Shown: positions 1 to 11,410, counted from the first letter of the whole stretch. The stretch: DNA of 63,031 bases, filler included, from Pirum gemmata (GCA_002812295.1; 28 parts of 28 records of this genome joined end to end with filler, not necessarily neighbours in it); one strand, 5' to 3'. Translations and numbers: made by a program. Notes: generated by a model from the sequence alone, not told the origin.

Positions 1-180
1 TAATAATAATAATAATAATAATAACCATTTTTCTATAAGAAAAAAAAGGGGGGAATGCCAGTATTGGTTGGGAAACAACAGTTTTTTTGAAAAATAAAAC
101 AACGTTAACTCTAACTCAAACTCTAATTCTAACCCTAATCTTAAGACCCTAACCCTAACCAAAAACATAGCACAATTAAA

Positions 181-284
181 AGTCACTGAATATCCAGTAC
201 TATACACATCATTCTTATCACCATTGTCAACATATTTTCCATTTATGAACGGTTTAAAAGTAGTTGGAACAACCATCAAGGCAT
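181..284 (-). other. Diverged duplicate of the 707-810 exon segment
   Basis: Encodes (D)ALMVVPTTFKPFINGKYVDNGDKNDVYSTGYSVT; preceded by acceptor-like GGGTTATAG|; the original G|GT donor is absent. Confidence 0.8.
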
Positions 285-680
285 CTATAACCCTAACCCT
301 AACCCTAACCCTAACCCTAACCCTAATCCTAATCCTAATCCTAACCCTAACCCTAACCCNNNNNNNNNNNNNNNNNNNNNNNNNNNNNNNNNNNNNNNNN
401 NNNNNNNNNNNNNNNNNNNNNNNNNNNNNNNNNNNNNNNNNNNNNNNNNNNNNNNNNNNNNNNNNNNNNNNNNNNNNNNNNNNNNNNNNNNNNNNNNNNN
501 NNNNNNNNNNNNNNNNNNNNNNNNNNNNNNNNNNNNNNNNNACCCTAACCCTAACCCTAACCCTAACCCTAACCCTAACCCTAACCCTAACCCTAACCCT
601 AACCCTAACCCTAACCCTAACCCTCACCCTAACCCTCACCCTGACACTCACCCTAACCCTCACCCTAACCCTGACCCTAA
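285..680. repeat. Interstitial telomeric array (CCCTAA)n, intronic
   Basis: Near-pure CCCTAA with an internal N gap, between the two exon copies. Confidence 0.95.
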
Positions 681-705
681 CAAAAAAATAAAACAAAAAA
701 ATTAC

Positions 706-871
706 CAGTTACTGAATATCCAGTATTATACACATCATTCTTATCACTATTATCAACATATTTTCCATTTATGAATGATTTAAAAGTAGTTGGAACAGCT
801 TTCAAGGCATCTTCAGCCGTGAAAAATCTCAAACCAATTTTTTTATTATTGACTAATTTTCTGACAAACAT
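706..871 (-). CDS. First exon of a probable mitochondrial enzyme, aldehyde dehydrogenase-like N-terminus (partial)
   Basis: MFVRKLVNNKKIGLRFF (basic, presequence-like) followed by SFINGKYVD...YSVTG, resembling the ALDH N-terminal FING motif; phase-1 donor G|GTAAT at 705. Confidence 0.45.
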
Positions 872-1289
872 CTTGAAAACAATAACAACAAATCAACAAC
901 AACTACTCTACAAACAATTTCAAAATATCAAAATATAAACAAACAATCTATAAACAAAAAATTAAAAATAAATGAAACCAAAACCAAAACCAAAACCAAA
1001 ACCAACAATACATATAAACAAGTAAATATGATAATAAAAAAAACAAAATCATTTGTAAAATAATAAATAATATTTAAATAACTCGATTTAAAAAATAAGT
1101 TTTGGTTCAATTACTTATTTGGCATCTTCAAATATATAATTGCACTTTTTTAGAGAAGTCTTTGAAATAATTATTTGTAGCAAATTAGATAAATGGATAC
1201 ATTATAAATATTTCTATTTCCTTTTTGTTAGACTAAATTTTTTTTTTTTTTGTAGACCTAAAACATGAGACTGATTTTTTTTTTTTTAA

Positions 1290-1503
1290 CTACCAAGCTG
1301 GATAAAAATGGCGACATCCGTATGAGCTCAAAATGATCCAATTTAAATAAAAGTACTACCAAATAATTATAAATATTTGAAATAAACATTTCTATTATGA
1401 ACCAATGGCTAGTTTTTAAAAATAATTTGGCTAGTTTAAATTAAAGTTTTTAGAAAAGAAGTCTAAAAAAAAATGATTTCTACAGTTTTATCCGGCTTGG
1501 CTG
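1290..1503. mobile_element. TTAA-flanked MITE, piggyBac-like (family E)
   Basis: TTAA|CTACCAAGCTGGATAAAA ... TTTTATCCGGCTTGGCTG|TTAA (15/18 TIR match). Related partial copies at ~28065-28270, ~34140-34330, ~34450-34660 and ~44745-44925 (reverse). Confidence 0.7.
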
Positions 1504-2024
1504 TTAAAAAAAAAAATAATAATAATATTAATTTTTAAAAAGGAATGAATTATTATTTTTCTAATATAAAACTTTTACTAACATCTTTTTTTTAATTTTA
1601 AAAAGCATGAAAACAATGAACAATGTCTATATATAATTTAATCCTAACCCAAAGCCCTTACCTACCATTAATATAAATTATTGTAAATTGTAGTGTCTTA
1701 GTTTGGGTTGAGGTTGGGGTTGGAGTAAAGGTTGGTGTTAGGGTTGGTGTTAGGGTTAGGGTTAGGGTTAGGGTTAGGGTTTTTGGTAATAGGGTTAGGG
1801 TTAGGGGATGTTAGGGTTTTAAGGTTGGATTTGGGTTATAAGGCTGTGCAAGATATCGTTGTTGTTGTTGTTGTTGTTGTTGGTGGTGATGGTGGTGTTT
1901 TTATTATTTTTCTTGTTCTTGTTCTTGTTCTTGTTCTTGTTCTTGTTCTTGTTCTTGTTCTTGTTCTTAAGCTAGGTTGTGCTTAGATTTTGTTTTTAAT
2001 TCATAATAATAATAATAATAATAA

Positions 2025-2124
2025 NNNNNNNNNNNNNNNNNNNNNNNNNNNNNNNNNNNNNNNNNNNNTTAATTAATTAANNNNNNNNNNNNNNNNNNNN
2101 NNNNNNNNNNNNNNNNNNNNNNNN
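2025..2124. other. Artificial contig-joining linker (first of 27)
   Basis: 44 N + TTAATTAATTAA (stops in all six frames) + 44 N. The same core starts at 2069, 4149, 6199, 8292, 10381, 12476, 14576, 16679, 20371, 23001, 25036, 27108, 29163, 32743, 34842, 36943, 39061, 41179, 43277, 45374, 48725, 50793, 52855, 54973, 57095, 58914 and 60998. Confidence 0.97.
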
Positions 2125-2463
2125 GTGGTGGTGGTGGTGGTGGTGGTGGTGGTGGTGGCGGTGGTCGTAGTAGTAGTGGTGGTGGTCGTGGTAATAGTCG
2201 TGGTGGTGGTCGTGGTGGTCGTGGTAATAGTCGTGGTGGTGGTCGTGGTGGTGTTGGCGTTGATGGTCGTGGTGATGTTGGCGGTGATGGTCGTGGTGAT
2301 GTTGGTGGTGATGGTCGCGGTCGTGGTGGTCGTGGTCGTGGTCGTGGTGATGATGGTAGTAGTGAAGGTTGTGATGATGAAGGTGGTGGTGGTGTGATGA
2401 TGATGATGGTGGTGGCGAAGGTTGTGATGATGATGATGGTGGTGGTGATGGTCGTGGTGGTGG

Positions 2464-4104
2464 TTATATACTGCTATTATTTAGGTTAGGGTGGTGCTTA
2501 TCTTTTGACTTTTTCCCTTTGAACGGTTTAAGCAATGAGTTAAGGGAATGGTGGTGGTGGTGGTGGTGGTGGTGGTGGGGGTGATCTTCATTATTCGCAT
2601 GGACATTGGCTGGTATCTCTGAAATTGCTGACATAGGGATTTCAACTTTTTTACCATCACTTTGCTTTTTCGTTAGTGTATAAGATGGTTGACTATAAAC
2701 TAAACTTCGACTATTATTCTTATTGACAAAATAACGATCTATGTTATCCGTAAAAACAATATTATTAATTTCAAGCTCAGAAATGCACATTTCTTTCAAA
2801 CAACTCACCAATACCTTACATAAATGATAAGGTAACACAGAAACACACACATCACCCTTTTTCCACATTCGATTGCAAATACGACCAACTTCTCGACTAC
2901 TACATGCCAATAAACTTTTCCCATTAATACCTACAATTCTTTCCTCACTTTTTAGTGAAGTAGATTTTGCTAAACTATTTGCTTGTACTCCCATTATCTT
3001 ATTATCTTCGTAACCCAAAATACCCACATCATTAAAAAAGTCTTGATGAACATGATGATCATGATGGTTATGATGATGTCGGCGAGAAAAAATATTACCC
3101 TTAGGTGTTGGGTTGGATAATTTCATAGGTGGTGTTGCGGACGAGGAAGATGACGAAGACGCAGTGTTTTCGTCAATGTTATGATAATCAAGGTTGCTAA
3201 AATAACTATGTTCCATTGTAACTCTAGCTTGGTTTAATTCGTGGTGCTGCAGATTACTGTATTTGCAATCCTCTACTCTCAATCGCAATTTGCTAGCGTT
3301 TTTTAATAACGCTTGTAAATCTTTTATACATAAAGCATTCGCGTCCAACGCGTTCACAGAAACAATACGATCACCAAAAGAAAGTCCAGCTTTGTGGGCT
3401 GGAGACTCGCGATAAATAATACCATTATTATAATTATCAACAGTTTGATTGTGTATACTATGTATACTAGGTGATTGCGGCGCAGAACGGGATGATCGCG
3501 ATCGTGATGGAGATCTAGATCTTGATCTATTTGAAGAATTTGTAGGTGGGGATAAAGATTGTCTAGATGGTGATCTGGATTGAGATCTATTTGAAGTATT
3601 TGAGGACGGAGATAAAGATTGACGAGTAGAAGGTGATGAAGATCTAGATTTGCGAGTCCTATTGTGACTTCTGGATCTTGACCTTGATATCCTAGGCGAT
3701 GATGCTGTTGTTGTCGGAATTGATAAAAGATTATCATTATTATCGATATGGTTGTGATTTGGGTGATGGTTGTTATGGTTGTTATGGTTGTTAGTATACT
3801 CATCACTATTGTTGTTGGTAGTGTTAATAATAACACCGCTGCTATTAGTATTGCTGTTGTTTATGTTGGAGTTACTATTTACATTGCTTATGTTACTGTT
3901 ACTTCTACCCCTGGCAAGAGTGGGACGGATACTACTTTGACAACTAGTACTACTGGTACTTGTACTAGAACTACTGGTACTTTGACTATCAAATTCATCA
4001 TTCTCATCATTTTCGCTGAGGTCACTAAAACTATTAACAATTGCATCATGCAAACGAGTATTACTACTATTTCTATCATATAAATTATTATTATTATTAT
4101 TATT
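2464..4104 (-). CDS. Syntenin-like tandem PDZ protein with Ser/Asn/Arg/His low-complexity regions (5'-truncated)
   Basis: Frame is open from the contig edge to TAA at 2464. PDZ1-like NNGIIYRESPAHKAGLSFGDRIVSVN and PDZ2-like VGILGYEDNKIMGVQANSLA...RIVGINGKSLL...VSVLP follow the syntenin PDZ pattern. Confidence 0.7.
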   Translation of the reverse strand, partial: NNNNNNNLYDRNSSNTRLHDAIVNSFSDLSENDENDEFDSQSTSSSSTSTSSTSCQSSIRPTLARGRSNSNISNVNSNSNINNSNTNSSGVIINTTNNNSDEYTNNHNNHNNHHPNHNHIDNNDNLLSIPTTTASSPRISRSRSRSHNRTRKSRSSSPSTRQSLSPSSNTSNRSQSRSPSRQSLSPPTNSSNRSRSRSPSRSRSSRSAPQSPSIHSIHNQTVDNYNNGIIYRESPAHKAGLSFGDRIVSVNALDANALCIKDLQALLKNASKLRLRVEDCKYSNLQHHELNQARVTMEHSYFSNLDYHNIDENTASSSSSSSATPPMKLSNPTPKGNIFSRRHHHNHHDHHVHQDFFNDVGILGYEDNKIMGVQANSLAKSTSLKSEERIVGINGKSLLACSSREVGRICNRMWKKGDVCVSVLPYHLCKVLVSCLKEMCISELEINNIVFTDNIDRYFVNKNNSRSLVYSQPSYTLTKKQSDGKKVEIPMSAISEIPANVHANNEDHPHHHHHHHHHHSLNSLLKPFKGKKSKDKHHPNLNNSSI

Positions 4105-4499
4105 NNNNNNNNNNNNNNNNNNNNNNNNNNNNNNNNNNNNNNNNNNNNTTAATTAATTAANNNNNNNNNNNNNNNNNNNNNNNNNNNNNNNNNNNNNNNN
4201 NNNNCTAACCCTAACCCTAACCCTAACCCTAACCCTAACCCTATTATAGGGTTAGGGTTAGGGTTATTAGTATTATGATTATTATAGGATTATATGATTA
4301 TGATTATTGGGTCTACCGGTAGTATAGGGCTAAGATAAGGGTTGGGATTAGGATAAGGTTTGGGGTTAGGATAAGGTTTAGGATTGGAGCTTATGGCCGG
4401 GGTTAGGCTTGGGTTTGGTTCTTTAATTAAGGGGTTTGGTTTAGATAGCCCTTTACATGTCTTTCTTTCTCCTCTCTTATTCACCGAGGCTGTTTTTAC

Positions 4500-4731
4500 C
4501 AAGGAGATACCGGAAAACATCGAATCAAACAGCTCGATCCTAATTATTAAATAGTGGCAATTTGAAATTAATGATTTTCTTTTTTTTTTCAAGTCTTCTT
4601 CTATGAAATTTCGAAGAATTTTTTAAGAATTTTTTAATGAACTCAAAAGTGAGTCAATACTTAAAATTAGATCGAAAAATTCGGAAAATTCGAACTAGTC
4701 TCGATTCGATGGTTTTTCCTACAACTCCCTG
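4500..4731. mobile_element. MITE-like element (family F)
   Basis: Imperfect TIR CAAGGAGATACCGGAAAACATCGAATC ... GATTCGATGGTTTTTCCTACAACTCCCTG. Other copies at 5804-6012 (reverse), 11669-11906 and 56955-57050 (partial). No clear TSD. Confidence 0.75.
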
Positions 4732-5567
4732 GGATTTTGGTTGCATAAAAAATGAATAATAAAAAATGAATAATAAATGAATGATCCCTCGGGGTTTGGG
4801 TTTGGGTTAGGGTTAGGGTCAGGGTTAGGGTCAGGGTTCGGGTTGGAGTTAGGGTTAGGGTTAGGGTTAGGGTTAATAAGGTTAAGGTTAGGGTTAGGGT
4901 TAGGGATAGGGATAGGGATAGGGTTTTGGGATTAGGGTTAGGGAAAATTATAAAACATTAGTTTTTTTTCCAATCAACCTCGAGTTAGCCGAAAAAGAAA
5001 TTTGCATCTGCAGGTTTAGGGTCAGGGTCAGGGTCAGAGTTAGGGTTAGGGTCAGGGTTAGGGTTAGGGTCAGGGTTAGGGTCAGGGTCAGGGTTAGGGT
5101 TAGGGTCAGGGTTAGGGTTAGGTCAGGGTTAGGGTTAGGGTTAGGGTTAGGGTTAGGGTTAGGGTTAGGGTTAGGGTTAGGATAAGGGTTAGGGTTAAGA
5201 TTAGGGTTAGGGTTAAGATTNNNNNNNNNNNNNNNNNNNNNNNNNNNNNNNNNNNNNNNNNNNNNNNNNNNNNNNNNNNNNNNNNNNNNNNNNNNNNNNN
5301 NNNNNNNNNNNNNNNNNNNNNNNATAAGGGTTAGGGTTAAGATTAGGGTTAGGGTTAAGATTAGGGTTAGGGTTAAGATTAGGGTTAGGGTTAAGATTAG
5401 GGTTAGGGTTAAGATTAGGGTTAGGGTTAAGATTAGGGTTAGGGTTAAGATCGGGGTTAGGGGTAGGACAAATATGGGTTAGGGTTAGGGTTAGGCTTAG
5501 GACAAATATGGGTTAGGGCTAGAGTTAGGGCTAAAGTCAGGATTAGGGTTAGGGGACAAATATTAAC

Positions 5568-5668
5568 CAGTATAGTTGAATTTATCAACGTTATCAGGAT
5601 CTTGTAGTATGATAATATCTGAACGCTTAAAAGGCTTTTCTGTCATCAAATCATTCCAATTTTTAGCC
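5568..5668 (-). CDS. PPIL2: Internal exon of U-box/cyclophilin protein PPIL2 (Cyp60)
   Basis: TTTGTCAG|G GCT..., peptide AKNWNDLMTEKPFKRSDIIILQDPDNVDKFN matches the conserved PPIL2 segment (AKNFRDLLTDEPFSRQDIITLQDPTNLDKFN type); donor G|GTTAAT; downstream intron is (CCCTAA)n-rich. Confidence 0.8.
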
Positions 5669-5803
5669 CTGACAAAAAAAGTACAAAACAAAGGGTATAA
5701 AATACCAAATAGAACAAAACTTAGCCATTTTATATAAAAAACGTAAAACCAAACCAAACCAAACCATACCAAAATAAAAGAAGGTTAGCAACAAAAACGA
5801 AAG

Positions 5804-6012
5804 CATGGAGATGCGGGAAAAGATCATCGAATCGAAACTAGTTCAAAACTTTCGAATTTTTTCGATCTAATTTTAAGTATTGACTCACTAATTTTAAAAA
5901 TTCTTAGAAATTCCATAGAAAAAACTTGAAATTCGAAAAAAAAAGATTATCATTTCAAAATTAACAATTAGGATCGAGCTGTTTGATTCGATTATGTTTT
6001 CCCGTATCCCCC
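5804..6012. mobile_element. MITE-like element (family F), intronic in PPIL2
   Basis: Reverse-orientation homolog of 4500-4731. Confidence 0.7.
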
Positions 6013-6122
6013 ATCAATAAGTGGCCAACGATGAGAAATGCGAACAAAATTGGACAATGACTGAAAAGAACAACAAAGCAAGAACCACAAATATTACAAG
6101 TTAATAATAATAATACTAATAC

Positions 6123-6154
<32 letters not shown>

Positions 6155-6545
6155 NNNNNNNNNNNNNNNNNNNNNNNNNNNNNNNNNNNNNNNNNNNNTT
6201 AATTAATTAANNNNNNNNNNNNNNNNNNNNNNNNNNNNNNNNNNNNNNNNNNNNTAATATTTAATAAATATTTTCCATATTGTGTACTATTTAGTGATAT
6301 TTTTTTTTGTTGGTTTATGTTATTGGGTATTTTATTAATTTATTATTTATTATTATTATTATTTTGAAAAAAACAAATACACACACACACATATTATTTA
6401 ATAAATATTTTCCATATTGTGTACTATTTAGTGATATTTTTTTTGTTGGTTCATGTTATTGGGAATTTTATTAATTTATTATTTATTATTATTATTATTT
6501 TGAAAAAAGCAAAAACAAGCATAACGATGGAGTGGAAAAATTTAC

Positions 6546-8119
6546 CTTTGAAATTGTCATTCCAACCTTGAAGCCAACAACCATGTGGATCAATTATGCA
6601 AACCGAAGTTTTGTTTTGAACCATTTCTAATAATTTTAAAATTCACCGTAGGTATTAATAATTATAAGGATATTAATATATGTACAACAAAAATTTGGTT
6701 AGGATTATATGAAAAATTAATTTAATAAGGTTAGAGTTAGTTTCTAAAAATTTTAAAATTCACAGTAGATATGATACATGGACAACAAAACAAAAAATTG
6801 GTTAGAATTACATAATAAATTAATTTAGGGTTAGGGTTAGTTTGTAATAATTTTAAAATTAACCATAAGTAAAGATTATACAACTTTGTATATAAATTTA
6901 AACATAAAAAATGTCATTAGAATTATATAAAAAATTAATTTAGAATTAGGGTTAGTGTTAGGTTATTAAGAAAATCAGAATTACAAAGTCCAGCACTAAA
7001 ATAAAAATAAAAATAGAATAGAGGGTGAAGTAATAAATATTGATAACTTGACAAATTCGTAATAACTAAAATTAAAATACAAAATAGATCGCTAGATGTT
7101 AAAGTAATAGGTTAGGATAATCGCTTATTAATTAACAATAATATTTTAACACTAACGCTAACAATAACGATAACAATATCAACAATTTAACCGTTTTAGT
7201 ATTAATTTTATAAATTACTGAATCTTTGCGTCCTATGTTTCGTTTCGTTTATTATAGAGCCTGAGTTATGAATAGCGGACAATACTGTTAAAGCGTGAGG
7301 ACCAGCACCTATATTATATTATATTATTATTAAATTATTATTATTATTATTTCTATCATTATTATTATTTAAAACAAAAAACGTTATACATATATAATGT
7401 TTTGTTGTTGGGGTGCTTGACTGTTTGACCCTAGCCCAAACCTCAACCCAAACCTCAACCCTAACTTCAACCCTAACCTCAACCCTAACCCTAAGCCAAA
7501 TGCTCGTGTTAACCAAAAGTTTTTATAATTAATTAAGCTGTTTTTATCAAAACATTAACAATTATCTTATTTATCAATTATTTTCATAGAATACCCGATC
7601 GAGATTTATAACTAAATAGTTTGTAAATTAATATTGTTTTTAATTAAAGTTTTTTTATATAATGAAAACTTCTATTTTTAATATTATATTGTGTATAGAA
7701 TAATATCATATCATACAAGTTTTTTTTTTACCTACAATACAAACATCGAATTCATCCAGTTCCTTGTTGTTACATTTTTTGTCAGTGATATCTTCGAGTT
7801 CTTCGTTATCAACACAAATACAATCAGAATCCGAAATTTCTTCTTCGAATGTTAATGATTGCTTGTTTTTTTTTCTGCCCTTCTTACCCTTATTTTTTAT
7901 ATTGTTCTTATTTTTCTTTCTATCGGTGTTAATTTCATTGATAGTAGTCCAATTATTACTTTTACTATCAATGCTTTTGATATTACTTTTGTCTTTAACA
8001 CCAGTGTTATTATTAATATCACTATTGAAATTTGAAATAATTTTACTTTTAGTATAAATATTATCAAAGTCTTTATTAGCTTCGATGCGCTTTTGACGCC
8101 TTATTGCTTTTTTTGTCAT
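6546..8119 (-). CDS. FAD/NAD(P)-binding Rossmann oxidoreductase; exons 8119-7732, 7308-7219, 6626-6546 (3' part missing)
   Basis: GT-AG joins keep the frame and give FDVCIV|GAGPHALTVLSAIH (dinucleotide-binding motif) and VCIIDPHGCWLQGWNDNFK, resembling lysine N6-hydroxylase-like FAD proteins. Confidence 0.8.
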
Positions 8120-8347
8120 ATTGTAAAAAAGAATATTAAATTAACTATTGGTTTATTGAAAAAGTTAGTTTATTTATTTATTTATTTATTTATTTATTAA
8201 TTAATTAATTATTTATTTAATTATTTATTTATTTATTTATTTATTTANNNNNNNNNNNNNNNNNNNNNNNNNNNNNNNNNNNNNNNNNNNNTTAATTAAT
8301 TAANNNNNNNNNNNNNNNNNNNNNNNNNNNNNNNNNNNNNNNNNNNN

Positions 8348-9515
8348 AGGGTTAGGGTTAGGGTTAGGGTTAGGGTTAGTGTTAGGGTTAGGGTTAGGGT
8401 TAGGGTAAGTGTTAGGGTTAGGGTTAGTGTTAGGGTTAGGTTACGGCTAGGGTTAGGGTTAAAGTATGTTTCATTACAGTCTATAATACAGAGTATGTTT
8501 CATTACAGTCTACAATACAGGGTTAAGAGTTAGAAGTATAGGATTAGGGTTAGTTAGACGTATAGGATTAGGGTTAGCGTTAGGATTAATTGTGTGGGTG
8601 AGGGTTAGAGTTAGGGTTAGGGTTAGGGTCACGGTTAAGGTTACGTAATGCAGAGAAAGGGTTAAGGGTCGGAGTTAAAAGTATAGAGTTACAAGTATAG
8701 AATTAGAGTTAGCGTTAGGATTAATGGTGTGATTAAGGGTTAGGCAAAGGGAAAGGTATATAATTAGGGTAAGGGTTAGTGTTAGGGTTAGGGTTAGGGT
8801 TAGGGTTAGGGTTTGGTTTTGGGTTAGGGTTAGGGTTAGGGTTAGGGTTAGGGTTAGGGTTAGGTTAGAGTAAAGGTTAAGGTTGGAGTTGGCGTTGGGG
8901 TTGGGGTTGGTATTGGTGGTTGTGGGTTCGGGGTTCGGGGTTGCAGGTTGGAGTTTAGAGGTTGGAGGTAGGGGTTGGGTTAAGATTGGAGTTAAGGTTA
9001 CGTAATTCAGAGTAAGGGTTAAGGGTCAGAGTTAAAAGTATATAGTTACAAGTATAGAATTAGGGTAAGTGTTAGGATTAATGGTGTGAGTGAGGGTTAG
9101 GTAAAGGGAAAGGCATATAATTAGGGTTAGGGTTAGGGTTAGGGTTAGGGTTAGGGTTAGGGTTAGGGTTAGGGTTAGGATTAGGGTTAGGGTTAGGATT
9201 AGAGAGTTAGAGTTAGGGTTAGGGTTAGGGTTAGGGTTAGGGTTAGGGTTAGGGTTAGGGTTAGGGTAAGGGTAGGGTAAAGGTTAAGGTTGGAGTTGGG
9301 GTTGGAGTTGGGGTTGGGTTTGGGGTTGGGTTTGGTGTTGCCCTTGGCGTTGGTGTTAGTGGTTGTGGGTTCGGGGCTCGGGGTTCGGGGTTCGGGGTTG
9401 GAGGTTAGAGGGTGGAGGTAGGGATTGGGTTAAGATTGGAGTTAGAATTAGAATTAGAGTTAGGGTTAGAGTTAGGGTTAGGGTTAGGGTTAGGGTTAGG
9501 GTTAGGGTTAGGTGC
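8348..9515. repeat. Intronic TTAGGG-derived array with an internal ~350-bp duplication
   Basis: TTAGGG runs; the block GTTACGTAAT.CAGAG.AAGGGTTAAGGGTC.GAGTTAAAAGTATA recurs at ~8640 and ~8997. Confidence 0.85.
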
Positions 9516-9529
9516 GATGTTATACTCAC

Positions 9530-9802
9530 TTGAAGTCTTCTGATACTACTAATTTCTTTCCTACGAAACGCAACGGCATCGTCGGGCCTAGCCGGTAATG
9601 TCACTGCATCATTCAGGGCTTGGAGACGAGCAAAAAATATTATTCTTTTATTAATATATAGTGTTAGGATTAGGGTTAGAGTTAGAATTAGAGTTAGGGT
9701 TAGAGTTAGGGTTTAGAATACAAAACCTTTGTTTCATTAATTTATTAGTAAGAGTATATTCAGAATGTAATTTTCGTACAATAGAATCTTGATATTTTAT
9801 AA
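9530..9802 (-). CDS. Two exons (9802-9727, 9644-9530) of a possible IRC20/SHPRH-like SNF2-RING E3 ligase
   Basis: Phase-2 join CAA AG|A ATA gives SEYTLTNKLMKQRIIFFARLQALNDAVTLP, resembling the N-x-R-x-x-Y/F-F-R-Q-L-Q-x-I-S-D-x-V helix before the RING in IRC20-type proteins; donor CAA|GTGAGT. Confidence 0.5.
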
Positions 9803-9884
9803 CTTTTATAGGGTTAGGGTTAGGGTTAGAGTTAGGGTTAGGATTAGGGTCAGGGTTAGGGTTAGGGTTAGGGTTAGGGTTTAG

Positions 9885-10336
9885 ATTAATTTATTAGTAA
9901 GAGTATATTCAGAATGGAATTTTCGTACAATAGAAGCTTGGTATTTTATAGCTTTTATAGGGTTAGGGTTAGGGTTAGGGTTAGGGTTAGGTATAGGGTT
10001 AAGGCTAAGGTTAGGGTTAGGGTTAGGGCTAGGGCTATGGTCAGGGTTAGGGTTAGGGTTAGGGTTAGGGTTAGGGTTTAGAATACAAAACCTTTGTTTC
10101 ATTAATTTATTAGTAAGAGTATATTCAGAATGGAATTTTCGTACAATAGAAGCTTGATATTATAGCTTTTATAGGGTTAGGGTTAGGGTTAGGGTTAGGA
10201 TTAGGATTAGGGTTAGGGTTAGGGTTAGGGTTAGGGTAAGGGTCAGGGTTAGGGTTAGGGTTAGAGTTAGGGTTTAGAATACAAAACCTTTGTTTCATTA
10301 ATTTATTAGTAAGAGTATATTCAGAATGGAATTTTC
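9885..10336 (-). other. Three further tandem copies of the 9727-9802 exon, separated by TTAGGG arrays
   Basis: Copies at ~9885-9952 (donor lost), 10092-10165 (2-nt deletion) and 10288-10336 (cut by the contig end). Confidence 0.85.
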
Positions 10337-10474
10337 NNNNNNNNNNNNNNNNNNNNNNNNNNNNNNNNNNNNNNNNNNNNTTAATTAATTAANNNNNNNN
10401 NNNNNNNNNNNNNNNNNNNNNNNNNNNNNNNNNNNNTATTATTATTATTATTATTATTATCTATCTAAATTTAG

Positions 10475-10572
10475 GCAAAACTTGGGGTTGGGACGGTGGG
10501 TATATTAAAATGTCTCGAGGAAAAAATAATCAATGTGGCATTGCTTCATATGCTTCTTATCCTATCGTCTAA
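10475..10572 (+). CDS. Last exon of a cathepsin L-like papain (C1A) cysteine protease
   Basis: TTTAG|GC..., (G)[31 protein letters not shown], the canonical cathepsin L C-terminus. Confidence 0.92.
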
Positions 10573-10784
10573 GTTCTGAACATTTTCTGGTAATTACCAT
10601 TAATACTGTTTCGTATACTATACTTAGCTACTATTTTAAAAAGTATTTCTATTTTAAGTTATCCATTTTTTTTTATATATATATATTTAAGAACCCTGTG
10701 CCCCACCCCACATTCTGATATCCTACTTCTGCTATGTAAATCCTACTTTTTTTTAAAAAGTAGGATTTGGGTTGTTGTGTGCAT

Positions 10785-11410
10785 TTATTACTAAAACTAG
10801 AAATATGGTAAATGAAAAGGCTTTTATGGAATATGACGAATTAAAAAAAATACTGGTTGAAAAAGTGACTGAATCTTGATTTTTTTTAGGAAGTTTACTT
10901 CTAATTAATTAAGGAAAGTAGGAAAAGGATGTCCTGCTTCCAACTAATCCCGTAAATCATTTTTCGTTTTTGTTAGACCAAGGAATATTTTGATTATTTA
11001 TTACTAAAACTAGAAATACGTTAAATGAAAAGGCTTTTATGGAAGTATGACTTATTAAAAAAAAACACTTTTGAAAAAGTGACTGAAAGTTGGATTTTTT
11101 AAGGAAATTTACTTATAATTAATTAATGAAAGTAGGAATAGTAGGATATCCTTCTTCAACTAATCCCATAAATTATTTTTCGCTTTTGTTAGCCCATGGA
11201 ATATTTTATGGTAAATGAAAAGGCTTTTATGGAAGTATGACGTATTAAAAAAACTGTTGACAAAGTGACTGAAAGTTGGATTTTTTGAAGTTTATTTATA
11301 ATTAATTAATGAAAGTAGGAATGTTAGGATATGCTGCTTCCGACTAATTCCCATAAATTATTTTTCGCTTTTATTAGCGCAGGGAATTTTCGAATATTTA
11401 TTACAAAAAC
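10785..11410. repeat. Diverged tandem repeat, ~180-210 bp unit, about 3 copies
   Basis: AAATGAAAAGGCTTTTATGGAA...AAGTGACTGAAAG recurs at ~10811, ~11023 and ~11213. Confidence 0.85.

Noticed and set aside
4980..5008. Possible next PPIL2 mini-exon (CTGCAG|...GAG|GTTGAT, minus strand)
   Set aside because: A direct join to the 5568 donor gives a stop and no PPIL2-like peptide; an N gap lies between, so it cannot be supported.
9716..10336. CRISPR-like repeat-spacer array
   Set aside because: The constant unit is a ~95-bp exon with splice sites and the 'spacers' are telomeric repeats; eukaryotic context, no cas genes.
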